Source: the human T2T-CHM13v2.0 reference genome, Homo sapiens. Taken from it: a DNA stretch of 64,000 bases. The DNA lies in assembly GCF_009914755.1 (NCBI RefSeq), contig NC_060925.1. One strand, 5' to 3'. The number at the start of each line of letters is the position of its first letter. The first letter of the stretch is position 1. Below the pieces are notes generated by a model. It worked only from the letters and a program-made list of their open reading frames with translations. It made no database searches and was not told where the DNA came from. A program made the position numbers and the translations under genes. Shown here piece by piece: positions 26,883-40,089 of this stretch.

Positions 26883-27190
26883 GACTGGGTGCAATGGCTT
26901 ATGCCTGTAATCGCGGCACTTTGGGAGGCTGAGGCAGGTGAATCACTTGAGCTCAGGAGTTTGAGACCAGCCTGGCCAACATGGTGAAACCACGTCTCTA
27001 CTAAAAATACAAAAATTAGCCGGGTGTGGTGGCACTTGCCTGTAATCCAAGCTGCTTGGGAGGCTGAAGCAGGAATCGCTTGAACCCAGGAGGCCGAGGT
27101 TGCAGTGAGATGAGATCGCGCCACTGCACTCCAGCCTGGGCAACAGAGCGAGACTTTGTCTCAAAGGAAAAAAAAAAACAAAAAACAAAA
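26883..27190 (+). mobile_element. AluS (Sx/Sz-like) inserted in a MIR (MIR ~26670-26880 and ~27190-27220)
   Basis: Full Alu dimer; MIR core upstream, MIR 3' end resumes after the tail. Confidence 0.9.
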
Positions 27191-28300
27191 CACTTCAGGC
27201 ACAAAGTAGGTGTTAAAAAGTTTGTCCCTCTTTTTAGGGACCAAGAGCTTCAATATTCTCCTATCTCTCATTGATTTCAGAAGATGTTCCTTAACCACAC
27301 ATACAGGGTGAGAAACACACTGGCCAGAAGCCGCAAGATGCTGAGGCTCTAGTCCCCCAGTTGTGTGGGCTCCGTCAGGCCACTGCTCTTCTCTGACCCT
27401 CGGTTTCCTTTTTGATGAAACTGGAACATGATACCCCCTGCAAGGCTGTTGTAGGTTGAATGCGGTGATGTAAATTGAGGGCCAAGCTTGGAGCTGGCAC
27501 AGAGTGGACACTAACATATGCCAGGATGCTTCCTTTGGTGAGAGGAGCTCCATTCTCTCTTCGAGCTGAGAGACTTTTCTGGCTTGAATGTGTAGCGGAA
27601 CCGGAAGGGCAGTGAGGCCGGAAGTGGGAGGAGCCTGAGATGGACTCCTCTGCCCCAGCCTCACTGTGTACCCTAGGAGGCCACCACACCTCACTGACTC
27701 TGCATTTTCTTCTCTTTAAAACAGAGAAAATTATACTTGCCCCTAAACTTGAGCCAGGGGGCCAGGTTTCAGCGATGCCTCGAGGTCCTTCCTGGACCCA
27801 GCAAACCGCATCAGAATCTGGAAAATGAGGCAGACGAGGATTGCCTCTGTCAAGCTGCGCGAGGGGCCCAGATTGATATACTGAGAGGCACCCCATTTGG
27901 AAGCAAACACTTCATTACTGAACAAGTTTTCATAGAAGTGATTGCATCGCCTGTTCTCTGCGTTTTTAAATTGCAAAACCAATTAGCTTTCTGGCAAGGG
28001 GAAGGGAAGGCAGAGCCCCGAATGGCTTTGCCAGCTCTGCCTTTTACGATGGCCCAAGCAGGAAGCCAAGGACATGGCCATGGAGGGTGGCTGTGGCACA
28101 GAGCTGCTCACCACAGTATCAGCAGCCCCTTTCACAGGACGAGAAGACCCTCTGAGACTCTGGGGGGGCCCAAGGCTGGGGGAGATCCCTCAGAGCAGGC
28201 CGGTGGAGACTGGCTGGAGCTGCCTGGGGCAGGTGAGCTGAGCAGCCACAGATCAGATAAAAGAGTGTACACTCCCCAGTCGTGGTCAAAAGTGGCCCCA

Positions 28301-28735
<435 letters not shown>

Positions 28736-30256
28736 TCAATATGAGTGATGGCTACACGAAGGAATGAAGGAAGAGACTGCGGCTTATTGGAAGAGAGGGG
28801 TTATGTAATCAGAGCTGGTCTTGGTCGCGGGAGTCCTCGGGATGGGGAGTTTGCTCTGTCACTGGGAGTGTTGGGAGTGAGCTGGGAGGTTCAGTGAAGA
28901 AGATCAGACGGAGGCAATTCCAGCACTGACCAAAGGATATGTTTGCACTTAGGATCCTTAGCCTGCCCAGCTCAGGACCCTCTCCTCCACCCTTTTGCAG
29001 AGATTTTGGATTCCTTTCTCTGCGGGAGGCAGTAATTTGTTGTGAATCAAACATGAGTTTCATCCCAGCTGCCACAGCTAGCTAGGTGGAAACTCTGTAA
29101 GAAAGCAGTGTGTTTCAGTTGTCTCATCTGTAAAATGGGACTCATAGTTCATCCAGCCTCTCTGGTTTGTGGAGAATGGATAGAAAAAAAGTGTTTTGTA
29201 AAAGATTCAATGCGTGCACGTGCACACACACACACAGGGTGAATTAAAGTGAATTAAAACCCTTCCAACTCCTCCCAGTGAATGCATACAGTACAGGATG
29301 CAGCAGAGATTCCACTAAGAAGGAGCCTGAACAGCCTGACTCCAGTGGCCAAGGCACAGCAAAGCCCGCATTAAACCTCAAGTCCAAATACCCCAGGAGA
29401 GGGAGTGGGAAGCAGAGAGATGGGGAGGGAATGGGTAAGGAGTAGGGAAATGTTAAGTTCCCTCCTCCTCTGCAGAAGCCTCCCTGTCCTGCTGGAGCTG
29501 CTGCAGCATGTTTTAGAGCAGGCATCAGATTCATCGGCACAGCAGGGGATAAGAGGAGGAGGAGAGGATCAAGCCCCCAGGGCAGCTGGGAGGATGGGCA
29601 GGGTGGGGTTAGGTGTGCCAGTCCTCCTAGGTGTGCCAGTCAACAGACAGGCCTGAGAGGTAGAGTTCTTGTTCCCGGGTTTCTTGAGAGCCTCTGACCA
29701 GGCAGGGAGAGGAGCTGGCGGTGGAAGAGGGGAGAGGGTGAGAAGACATGGCACTAGGAAAAGTCATTCATTGGTGAGGCAGGGAAGGCTTCTGCTTTTG
29801 AGGGTACCTTGAGTAATAGTCTCTCCTGCCTCTTGTTTTCTTTTTGCAGAAGATGTTGGATGCAGAAGCAGCTCATGTGAGTCACAGGTTGGTTACCAGG
29901 CAGCCCTTAGGTTGTCCATCCCTAAGCTAAGCAGCCCCAGCTTTGAGAAGACGCATGGATTAACTCAGAGGACCTTGAGGCTGACCCATTTGAATGGAGT
30001 CATATGGGGGTACCTGCAGGTGGACCCTGGGCTGGCTCAAGTGGAGAACACTTCTCTCCTCCCCACAAGCAGGCATGCAGAATCCCCACAGGCCTTGGGT
30101 AAGGACATTGCCAGGGGATATACCAATAGCCTATGTCCCTGTCTGCATCTCTCCCCAGCCCCAGACCAGCCACTCAGAGTAGAGGTAAGAGGGTGGGGAA
30201 GAGAATTGGTGCACCTGCGTCCACCTCCACTATTATCTTGAAGAGACACTGCCAAC

Positions 30257-30572
<316 letters not shown>

Positions 30573-30759
30573 TCAGTCTTCTTATCTATAAAATGGGATT
30601 GATGATGACACCATCCTCATAGAGGTAACGTGATCTGCAACCACCACACGTCCTGTAAGGCTCATGGGATTCCTTTTACAACCTGCCAAATCACCCTGAA
30701 TCTGGAGGTTAAATGCCCACACTCAGCCCTGCCTCAGTTTCCCCAACTTAGTAAATATA

Positions 30760-30950
30760 AAAAGTTGGGGTCGGCCAGACCTGGGTTCACACTGTGGCTC
30801 AGTGGCTCAGCCCTGTGACACTGGACATGTCACTTAACCTCTTTGTGCTTCATTTTCCTCATCTGTGGAATGAAGACAATGGAACCTCCCCAGGGGTTGG
30901 GGTGAATCACAGTATGGGGTAGTATGGAGCACGCAGTAAATGCTCAGTAC
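30760..30950 (+). mobile_element. MIR SINE
   Basis: ccagacctgggttc...ctgtgac...gtcacttaacctctttgtgcttcattttcctcatctgt. Confidence 0.8.
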
Positions 30951-30959
30951 AAAGGCACC

Positions 30960-31112
30960 ATCTCCTTCCTCCTCTTCTTTTCCTTGTCCATCATCTTCAT
31001 CTCCTCCTCCTTCCTCTTCCCCTTTTCTCATCCTCTTCCATCTCCTCCTTGTTTCTCTCCCTCTTGCGGTTCTTTCCCTCTCCTCCTTTCCCTCCTCCTT
31101 CCCATCTTCTTA
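30960..31112. repeat. CT-rich low complexity
   Basis: (CTC/CTT)-rich degenerate tract. Confidence 0.8.
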
Positions 31113-31119
31113 TCTCTCA

Positions 31120-31490
31120 CTGCACATATTGAATTTTATGTAATTGGGATCATACAATTTATTCAGCTATTCAGAGTTTTTAAAAAACTCACTATATATC
31201 ATCAGCATTTTCCCACATCATTGAAAATTCCTCAAAAGCATGATGTTAATAGCTTCGTAATTGTACCTCATTTTGATGCACCATCATTTACCTCACCATC
31301 CTCGACTGTCAGATGCTTGGAGGCTTCCGGGGCTGTTCTCAAACACATCAGGCTGCCATGAACGTTTTGGGCACCTTTTGCCTGGCCCCCTGAACACTTC
31401 CTCAGGACAGATTCCTGCAGGTGGGATTTGGACATCCAGAAATGGGACACTTCCCAGGCTGGGGGGCTTTATCGCCCAGTCGCTTTCCTG
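31120..31490 (-). mobile_element. Old L1ME-like 3' fragment
   Basis: gggatcataca...atcagcattttcccacatcattgaaa...atttacc...gctgccatgaac...gacagattcct...gtgggattt. Confidence 0.55.
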
Positions 31491-31874
31491 AAGTCACCCT
31501 GACTGGCACCTCCAGCAGCCCATGAGGGGTGCCTGTCCCCACTGCCAGAGCCTTGGCCTGGGGTGCTTGGCTCCCAGTGACATGATCATCATATCAGATC
31601 CCCACGTGCCCAGGAAGCCTTATGACAAAGACAAGAACTAGGCTGGGGTTGACCGCCCTGGCAGGGAGTCAGGGCAGCTGGTCCTACCCCTACCCTCACC
31701 TGCTATGTGCCTGGGCATGTCCTTTATCCTTCCTGGGTCTCTGTGTAGCCACCTGTGCAAAGCCCCCTGCTGCTATCCCTCCCTCCAGCCCATCTGGTAC
31801 CAAGAACACTACTTGGCACACAGTAGGTGTTCAGTAAATATTTGTTGAAGCCTGAACTGCCAAGTGCTCTTTAA

Positions 31875-31877
31875 ACA

Positions 31878-31908
<31 letters not shown>

Positions 31909-31920
31909 GCGCGCACACAC
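31875..31920. repeat. (AC)10(GC)10(AC)3 alternating purine-pyrimidine microsatellite
   Basis: 46 bp of perfectly alternating purine-pyrimidine, including 10 consecutive CpG. Confidence 0.95.
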
Positions 31921-32579
31921 CTCTGCCTGTGCACACACACACACGTACACCCCTGCCTCTGCACACACACACACGGCCACCACATCCTCCCCTTTTCCTT
32001 TGCCTGAACTCCCATGACTTGCATTTCCTTCTTCCTCCCTGTGCTCTGCTGAAGACAGCGTAGGATGGTGGTTGACAAGGCAGATTTTGGAGCCACATGG
32101 CCTGGGCTTGAAAGTTACATAATCATTCTCTGTCTCAGTTTCCCCTCCATAAAACTAGTCCTGTAATGCTTACTGCATAGAGTTATGGTAAGAATGAACT
32201 AAAGTGTCATGGAGGAAATTTTAGAATGATACTTGCAGATAGAAGCCCTAGGTAAGTGAATTTGAGATGCTGCTTCCTGTATCAGGGTTACAGACTTAAA
32301 GTCTATAGGCACAGAGTAAAGATGTCTCCTGCCCACTCATATGTGGTTTTCCATGCCTACTTGGAGCAAGGAGGAGCCCACCTTTCTGATCCCCTTACAT
32401 TATTTGGGTTCATGTGACCAGATCTCCATAATGAGTTGTAAGCAGAAGAGGCTTAGGATGCCTCCAGGCTGAAGTACTTAATTTCTAGCGTAAGACCCTT
32501 CAATGCTCTCTTTCTTTGGCCTGGGCATCTTGGAGGAAGACTTATGCTCTGGTGGTGGAACTGCAGAGGCAGCCCGAAT

Positions 32580-32942
32580 TGCCAAATCTCCTGGACCTAC
32601 AGTATGAGCTGTGTGAAGACAGTGAGATTTGGAATTGTCACTGCAGCAGAGCCTCACTTATCCTATTTACAAGGAGCCAAGCAGGGACATTCGTGTGTGG
32701 TGGCTTCCTCGTAGGTGGTTGCAATGTGGAGAGCACCTGTCACCACTTCACCTCAACTCCTGCAATAGGAAATAGGGTCCCAAATGGTCACATATTCTCA
32801 TTTTTCAGGAGAGACCAGAAATGAAGATTTTTATTTCAAATCTGAAAGTTTTTCTTGGGAATTAAATCAAATGTTTTTAAAACTTTGAATGAGCTAAACA
32901 AATCCTGCTTGCAGACTAGATATGCCCAGAGGCCACCTCTGG
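32580..32942. mobile_element. MER102-like hAT-Charlie remnant
   Basis: gagaccagaaatgaagattttt...aaatct...aaacaaa...tgcagactagatatgcccagaggccacc. Confidence 0.55.
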
Positions 32943-33369
32943 CCTACATGATCAAATCTAACCCCTCTATCCTGGCATTTAGAGCCTATCATGATTTGAC
33001 TCTGACTGGCTCCTCCCACAGCTTCCAAACCCTGACCCTGAGCCCTGGCCATACTGGGCCAATGACGGGCCACTTACCTGGATCTCTGTCCATGGTGCTC
33101 TCAGGGCCAGTGTGGTGCCATGGACAAGGCATGGACTTTGCCATCAGTCCACTGGCTAGCAGCCCTGGCTCACTGCCATATGATAACCAGGTGGCCCCTC
33201 TGGGCATCAGCTTCCTCCTCAGTAAAATAAGGGCAATGTAACCACCTTACAAGGTGCCCTAGAGAGCTATATAAACACTGATATATAGGGCCTGGCTCAG
33301 AGTGGGTGTTTGGTAAATGTGAGCTCTTTTTTTACCCTCTCCATGAAGAAGAAACTTTCTAAAAGCTGC

Positions 33370-33583
33370 TCACCTCATTCCCTTCACTACCATCTATGAT
33401 ACTCCACCCAACCTTCCCTTCCTTCTTTCTCCTTCACAAGGATCAGACCTGAATTGCAGCCTGATGGCTGTTTTAGGCTTCTTGGAATCCCTTTGCATTT
33501 GCTCCTCACAGCGTTTGCCAGACTTAATCTTGTTTGTGTATAATTCCATTTTGCTGTCTGCTTCTTGGAAAACTCAGACCCAC
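33370..33583 (+). mobile_element. LTR16C-like 5' LTR (3' half) of an ERVL provirus
   Basis: ttctccttcacaaggatcagacctg...cacagcgttt...taattccattttgctgtctgcttcttgga...caca, followed directly by ERVL leader. Confidence 0.65.
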
Positions 33584-34602
33584 AAAAGTTAGTGGTCTGA
33601 GGGAAAAAGTGGTCCAAGAAAATAAATGACGAGAAGGGGTTAAGAACTGGCTCACCCACCCTAGGCAAAGAACTCCAACATGGTGGAAATTTGGACACAG
33701 ATACTACTTGGCATAAAGTGGTGGCTTAACTGCTCAAGATTTTTATCTGTGGTTACCTGGGAAAATGTGCCAGTGGAGGGCCACCCTGTGGCAGGTGCAA
33801 TGATTCGGGCATTCAAAAGATGTGAGGTGGCAGGGACAATGCCCATAAAGGCAGCAGAGTTGGCCGGTTGCTTCCTCTACCTACCATCTGCTAAGACAAT
33901 TCAAACATTTTTACTTTGTTGAGAATTGAGTCTAAGTTGTATTCATACCCTGTGGAAGGGTAATGAGAGACAGGAGGCTCTTAATAAGCCCTTAATGGCT
34001 AGGAGTGAGAGCCAGCCATTATGGCAGCTCACTAAGAGGCCCTTATCCGTTGCAGTGGAATGGCAGACTCTGCTGAAAATCAGATCAAGGATCTAATTGT
34101 CAGAGTCATAGCCTTCTAGACATATTTGAATGCTGCTCAGCAAAGGAAGGTCTGTTATACAAAGGTCAGGGCCTTGATGGGAAACATCTGAAACTTTGAA
34201 ATATGGGACAAGGATAGCAGAAGATATTAACCTTGTAACCCTCCTCAAAACCCTCTGGGCTCTCAGATATGGCTACCATTCCCTATAAAGGTCCAGAACT
34301 TCTACTGTGCTGAAAGATGCTGTAGAGGCCTCTCCTCCATAAGGTAGCAGGAGCCTCCTTCAGCACCTGACTCACCCCCTCTTCTGCCTGCCAGGATGTT
34401 ATATAGGGATTCAGTTCTAGCATAATCTAGCTTGGGAGCATTCTGAGCCTGATAAGAGAAGAAAGAAACTGTCCACCAAGGGTAGCAAGAATTAGCTAAC
34501 ATGTACTATTGGAAGCAGGGGAGTAGATTTAATGTATGTTGATCAAGGAGCCATCATATAAGACTGCATGAAGAGAACTTATTGACTTGAGGGCATGTTG
34601 GG

Positions 34603-35014
34603 TGTAGAGACAAAGTGACTCCATCTTGGATGCTAATCTGCCACGCTGACTTCTGATTAGCCCCAGTCCCGTGAATGTTTTCTGATTCCTACTTTATTTA
34701 CTGTCCCCAGTGTAAGAGCACGTCAACCTTGTTGATGTTATCAAGTATAGGCTATGATGCACACAGCATTGTTGCCTGTTCTAGAGGGCTGCCTTTAATT
34801 GTCTTGACAGAGCACTTACCCTTTCCCTATGGCATATAAGCCCTAGATCTGGGGAGTAACAGCACAGAGATCTACTTGTCTTGTGGCTACCCAAGACCAT
34901 GCTTCTGTCTGTAAGTTCCCCCAATAAAACCGAATCTGCCTGCCTTGTTCTTTGGTTTCTTGGCACCTTCAGCATTTGGGAGTCGTATTGCATATATGGC
35001 CCTTTCATGGAACA
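34603..35014 (+). mobile_element. LTR47-like solo LTR nested in the ERVL gag region
   Basis: tgtagagacaaagtgactccatcttggatgctaatctgcc...tataa...aataaa...ggaaca; flanks ttggg/ttagg. Confidence 0.8.
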
Positions 35015-35486
35015 TTAGGGGACACAGGATTTAATAATCCAGCGAGGCCCCCAGAGTATGCCCTGGAAAAAAGCGATTGCTGATTCTCAATGATGTGAAA
35101 ATGCCTGAGTTGCCTTGGCAGGTGGTAGAGGAAGGAATAGAGGCTGAGTGGAAAGAGGAGGCTGGAATGCCCACAGGGGGGCCCTGAGGACACGTCATTC
35201 ACCAAAGCTATCAGGAATACACTGGGGAGAGGGGCATCCGTGTCCCTGAGAAGTGCAGTGGTGGCTCTCCTCTCATCTGGGATGAGGGGGCCCTGAGTAA
35301 CAGAGGCTGGGTACCCTGAGTAATGGAGGCCGGCTGGTGGCTCTTACCACTGGAAGCAAGGGGGCTGCAATTACTAAAATGAATGGTAAGATCAGTGGGA
35401 AAGCCACAGGAGCTGGACCTGTGGGAAAGTGTAGAGAAAGATGGCCACAAGTGTGTCACCTAGCATTGATGGCCAATAATAGACAA

Positions 35487-36004
35487 AGACAGACACTTGT
35501 ACCACACAATACCACTCAGCAATAGAAAGGAGCACACTACTGATACCGGAAACAACTTGGGTGGATTTCAAAGACACTATATCAAATAGAAAAAAATGTC
35601 AGTCCTGAAAGGTTACATACTGCATGATTCCATTTATGTAAGTCTTAAACTGACAAAATGATAGAAATGGAGAACAGATTAGTAGTTGCTGGGGTTAGAA
35701 ATGGTGGGAGTGGGAGGATGGTGGGTGTGACTTCAGAGGGGTAAATTGAGGAAGATCTTTGTGGTGATGAGATAGTTGATGTTGATTGGGTGTGGTTACA
35801 AAAATCTACACATATGATAAGATGGATGTATAGAACTATACATACAAATCGCACCCATGTCAATTTCCTGATTTTGATATTGTACTAGAGGTACATGAGT
35901 TGTAACTATTGGGGGAAACTGGGTGAAAGGTATGTGGGACCTCTCTGCCATTTTTGAAACTTCATGTGAATATGTAATCCTCACAAAATAAAAGCTTAAT
36001 AAAA
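35487..36004 (+). mobile_element. L1MD-like 3' end nested in the ERVL
   Basis: ctcagcaata...ggttacatactgcatgattccattta...gaacagattagt...gggggaaactgggtgaa...aaataaaag. Confidence 0.85.
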
Positions 36005-36198
36005 GACAAGAATGGTGAAGGGCTTACAGAAGCCACTCCATTAAAACATAATAATCAGTTGCTCAGTTATCAGACCATAGTCAATTTTCAGATCTGGAAC
36101 CAATTGAAGTTGTGGCCAGGTTCTCTTTAATATGGTAAGTATAGACCATGATGATTCCCCTAGTCCTTCCCCAAAGGGACTGACAGTGAGTGAGGCCG

Positions 36199-36290
36199 GT
36201 GACTGTACGCTGGGGAAAGGAGAATAACCAGACATTTTGAGGACTATTGGGCACAGAGTCTGAGATGGCATTGATTCCTGGAGACTCAGT
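36199..36290 (+). pseudogene. ERVL aspartic protease remnant
   Basis: Translates VTVRWGKENNQTF*GLLGTESEMALIPGD vs ERVL VTVHWGKGNNQTFRGLLDTGSELTLIPGD; in-frame stop, catalytic DTG lost. Confidence 0.85.
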
Positions 36291-36639
36291 GTCATCATGA
36301 CTCCCTTGTTCGAGTAGGGGCATATAGGAGCTGGGTATTAAATAGAATCCTGGCTAAAGTCTATTTTACACTGGGCCCACTGGTTCTACAGAACCACCCA
36401 GTGGCCCATTCCCCAGTCTTACAGTGCATAATTGGAATTAATACACTTGGCAGTTTGGTTAACCCCACATTTGGGCTCCTGGCTTGTGAGGTAAGAACTA
36501 TCACAGTGAAGAAGTGAAAGCCTCTGAAATTATCCCCTTCCTGGCCAAGATTACCATGAACACAATATCACATCTCAGGTAGGGGTAGAGGATAGTGAAG
36601 ATTAGTAACATCATTAAAAATCTAACAGAGACAGTGTTC

Positions 36640-36922
36640 TTATCACGTCTCCATTTGATCTGCAAGTCTGGCCCCTGCAGAAATAGAAAGAGCCTGGAAA
36701 ATGACCTTAGACCACTGCAGGCTCCATCAGGTAGCAGCCTTGACTGGAGGCGACATACGGAACACAGTATCATCGCTGGAACAGATTAAAGAGTTCTCAG
36801 GAAGAAAGTACACAACCGCAGACTTAGGAAATGTGTTCCTTTCCATTTCTATTAGGAAACGGAATAAGAAACAGCTCACATTCACATGGAACAGACAGCG
36901 ATACTTATTTACAGCTCTGCCA
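36640..36922 (+). pseudogene. ERVL reverse transcriptase N-terminal remnant
   Basis: ORF 36701: MTLDHCRLHQV...SLEQI...YTTADLGNVFLSISI...QLTFTWNRQRYLFTALP vs ERVL RT MTVDYRKLNQV...YAAIDLANAFFSIP...FAFTW.GQQYTFTVLP; ends before YxDD. Confidence 0.88.
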
Positions 36923-38409
36923 CTCTTAGCTCTACAACTTTGGAGATCCTGGTCCCCAAAGACACATACTCTTGCTAGGACACACAGCAAGGGTCCCATT
37001 GAAACTACAAGTTTTGGCTGCCCCAAAGGCAATCTCCAAAAAAATGGAGTTACAATAGTGGCTGAGGGGATGAATGTTGGTCTGTAGGAAGAGGTAGGGC
37101 TACCTTTTTACAAGGGGGCAGGGGAGAAGGCTTGTGAACCCGGGTAATCCCTTGGGTGTCTGCTGGTACTCCCTGGCCCCATGGGCACTGTGAAGCAGTG
37201 TGCGCAGCACTCCTGGCTCAAGAAGGGTATGAATAGCAAGGGTTCATCAGCCTCCCTTCCCAGGAATACAGGTTTATTCTATGACATACTGGGCGAGAAG
37301 TGCTATCTGAGACTCAAGGCATTTCAGAAAGCAGAGGAGGAAGGTGGGAGGATGAGGTGGGGTGAGGTCAATACGGGAGCTGGAGCTGTGCTTCCTGTGC
37401 TGAGCTGCCCTTCAGGAAGAGAGGCCATGGGGGCTCTGGAGGCATGCAGAGGTAAAGCAGTGCAGCATGCTGGGGAGCGGGGGGAATGGAGGGAGACTGG
37501 GCTGTACCGACGAAGGAGGAAGAGGGGGAGGGGAAACAAGAACTCACAAGAGGAGGAGACGGGACCAGAATCCATTTGAGGCCCATGTGGGCTGGATAGC
37601 AATGGTGTTTTCTCATCCGTCTCCAGTGACCTGCTGTGTAGCCTTGTTCACTTCTGCTCTCCAGGGCCTCAGTTTCTCTATCTGTTGGTTGGTCCTAAGT
37701 GTGTTGTGAGAGATTGTCAGGCTAATATATGCAAAGCATCTAGAATAAGACAATGAGAGCTCAAAATACAGCAGTGATCATAGGGATTCTGAGCCCTGTG
37801 GGCCTGGCTGAGCCTGGAGGTAGGGAAGCTCTCCATCCTGGAAAGCCCACCCTGGCCAGGAGTGAACTGCGGTTCCCACTGGATCTCCTCCCTGGGGGCT
37901 GCAGTGGCTCCACCTGCTCCTCCCCTTCCCACCCTGTCTCTGTTCTTCTCCCACTTAACAAACAGCTTCACTTAAAAAGCCATCTGGGAGGATGGATGGC
38001 ACAAGGCACATTTTACAGAGTAAGTTTCCAGGGAGAAAAGCCAAGAAATTAAAGGCATAGCACTTCCGATTCCAATCTCATTAGGCCCCATAACTCTGAC
38101 TGCTGGAGAATTGTATTTCTGAATTATGAATGCATGCCTCACCCCCCGCATGGCCCAGTGTTCTAGGTTTTGTCCCATTAGTCTTCCAGGGGGCCTGCTC
38201 CCCATGCCTCTAGTTGCTTCCCTCCTTCAGGGTAAACTCCCTCATCTTTCACCAGGTTGGGCTGCATCTGGGCTTTCCTCATCTGAGTTTCTTCTCCTGT
38301 GTAGTTGCTGCCCCACCTCCAGTAGATGCTCCCTCTCCCTACAAGAGTCCTGAGTGAAGGTTTGTCTTCTGTGGGGTTTCCCAAGGGAGGTTTGGGTCCA
38401 ATGAGTGGA

Positions 38410-38560
38410 TGCTCTGAAAAGGAGAAAGGTGTTTAAAATTGGGATGGATGGACAACCCTGGGAAGGGGTAATGAGCTCCCCATCCCTGGAGGTGTGCACA
38501 GAGGATGGGTGAGCACTCAGCAGAGGGGCTTTGCAGGAGGCAAACAGCAGAGAGGCTGAG
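38410..38560 (+). mobile_element. L3/CR1 3' remnant
   Basis: ggtaatgagctccccatccctggaggtgtgc..agagg. Confidence 0.6.
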
Positions 38561-38569
38561 TGCATGGGC

Positions 38570-38780
38570 TTCAGAGACTGAGAGGTCTGGGCTGAACCCT
38601 GTCCATGTTGCCTACAAGGTATCTGACCTTCTGCAACCCACTTACCCTCACTGAGCCACGGTTTCTTCATCCGGAAAATCAGGCAGAATAATAGTTCCTG
38701 CTTCCTAAGGTTGTCATGGAGACGAAAGGACAGACTGTGTGCAAAGCGCTGAGCACAGAGTACATATTATCATACCTAGG
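38570..38780 (+). mobile_element. MIR SINE
   Basis: ctgagccacggtttcttcatccggaaaat...aataatagttcctgcttc...gtgcaaagcgctgagcacag. Confidence 0.75.
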
Positions 38781-39222
38781 AGGAGGAGGGGCTGGGTGTG
38801 ACACCCTTGAGTGATCTAACATACAATATTTCTGTTGTTTTAAAAACCGAAGACTCCGAGATCCAATGATTCAACTATCCTAAGATTACAAGTCTTTAAA
38901 ATTCTAAGGCTTTAAGAAATGATTTTGTATTCTACTAATTCTACTCACCTAAGGCCTATTAGTAATCTGAAGCTGTGTGCTTCGAAGAAACCTGCTCTGA
39001 ACCTTCAGCCCACTGGCGGTGCTCATCTCAGTCCTGCACTGTACGATGTCTGGGGAATGTTTATCTCTGACCCTCTGTGACTTTAAGTCTTCCATCTTTA
39101 TTCCCACCAGCTCTTCTGTTCTGCTGGAAACCACTTTTCCTAACCCCAGCCTTACCTATGGGATCCTTCGTCCTCAGCCACACCTGACTCCTCAGTGTTT
39201 CTGAACCTTCTATACTCCTGCT

Positions 39223-39586
39223 TGATATGGTTTGGCTGTGTCCCCGCCCAAATCTCATCTTGAAATGTAGCTCCCATCATCCCCATATGTCATGGGAGGG
39301 ATCAGGTGCGAGGTAATTGGATCTTGAGGGCAGGTTTTTCCCATGTTGTTCTTGTGATGGTGATTAAGCCTCATGAGATCTGATGGTTTTATAAAGGGCA
39401 GTTCCCCTGCACACACTCTCTTGCCTGCTGCCATGTAAGGCATGCCTTTGCTTCTTCTTTGCCTTCCACCATGATTGTGAGGCCTCCACAGCCATGTGGA
39501 ACCGTGAGTCCATTAAACCTCTTTTTCCTTATAAATTACCCAGTCTCGGGTATTTCTTCATAGCAGTATGAAAATAGACTAATACA
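39223..39586 (+). mobile_element. THE1C-like solo LTR
   Basis: tgatatggtttggctgtgtcccc...gttcccctgcacac...cttcatagcagtatgaaaatagactaataca. Confidence 0.92.
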
Positions 39587-40089
39587 AGCTCCTTCTGCCC
39601 CCATCCCTCAACACTGAATCCATAGCTGCCCACTGAAATCACACCTCCAAGATCTAGGTTGAAAGCAGAACTTCTCAGAGTCTTAGTTCACCTCCCAGCT
39701 GAAATGAACAATAATTGATGTCCTGCTTGGTGTTTCCAGTAATCACTAACATAGCAACAACTATCACAGTGTGACTCATTATTATTGCTGGGGAGGAAAC
39801 TTCTGACTTTCATTCTGTACCAGACCCACATGTGGTGCCCTTTTAAGACCTCGTTCTACTCCCCAAGGAAGAAAGAGATTGGTCAGAAGTGGACACTGAT
39901 TGGGCCACCACCATAAGCAGGCAGGGTCAATGCATGGAAGGTGATGGCGGCCAACCCAGCTCTCTCCCTTTCACAGCTCCTTGTCCACCACCTGCAACTA
40001 GGAGGCAAGTCAGCTCTGCAGACCCAGCCATGGTGAAGCCAGGATGGGAGGAAGCAGGAAGTCTCACTCAAGTCTCACTTGGACCTCCA

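Larger units (their letters stand above)
33590..37350 (+). mobile_element. ERVL-class internal region (ERV3-16A3-int-like), decayed and internally deleted
   Basis: Leader aagtggtccaagaaaa; gag-like sequence; protease and RT remnants; dUTPase-region-like 3' part after ~36925. Confidence 0.85.

Noticed and set aside
36701-37087. Possible functional retroviral RT ORF
   Set aside because: Truncated before YxDD; upstream protease has a stop and has lost its catalytic Asp
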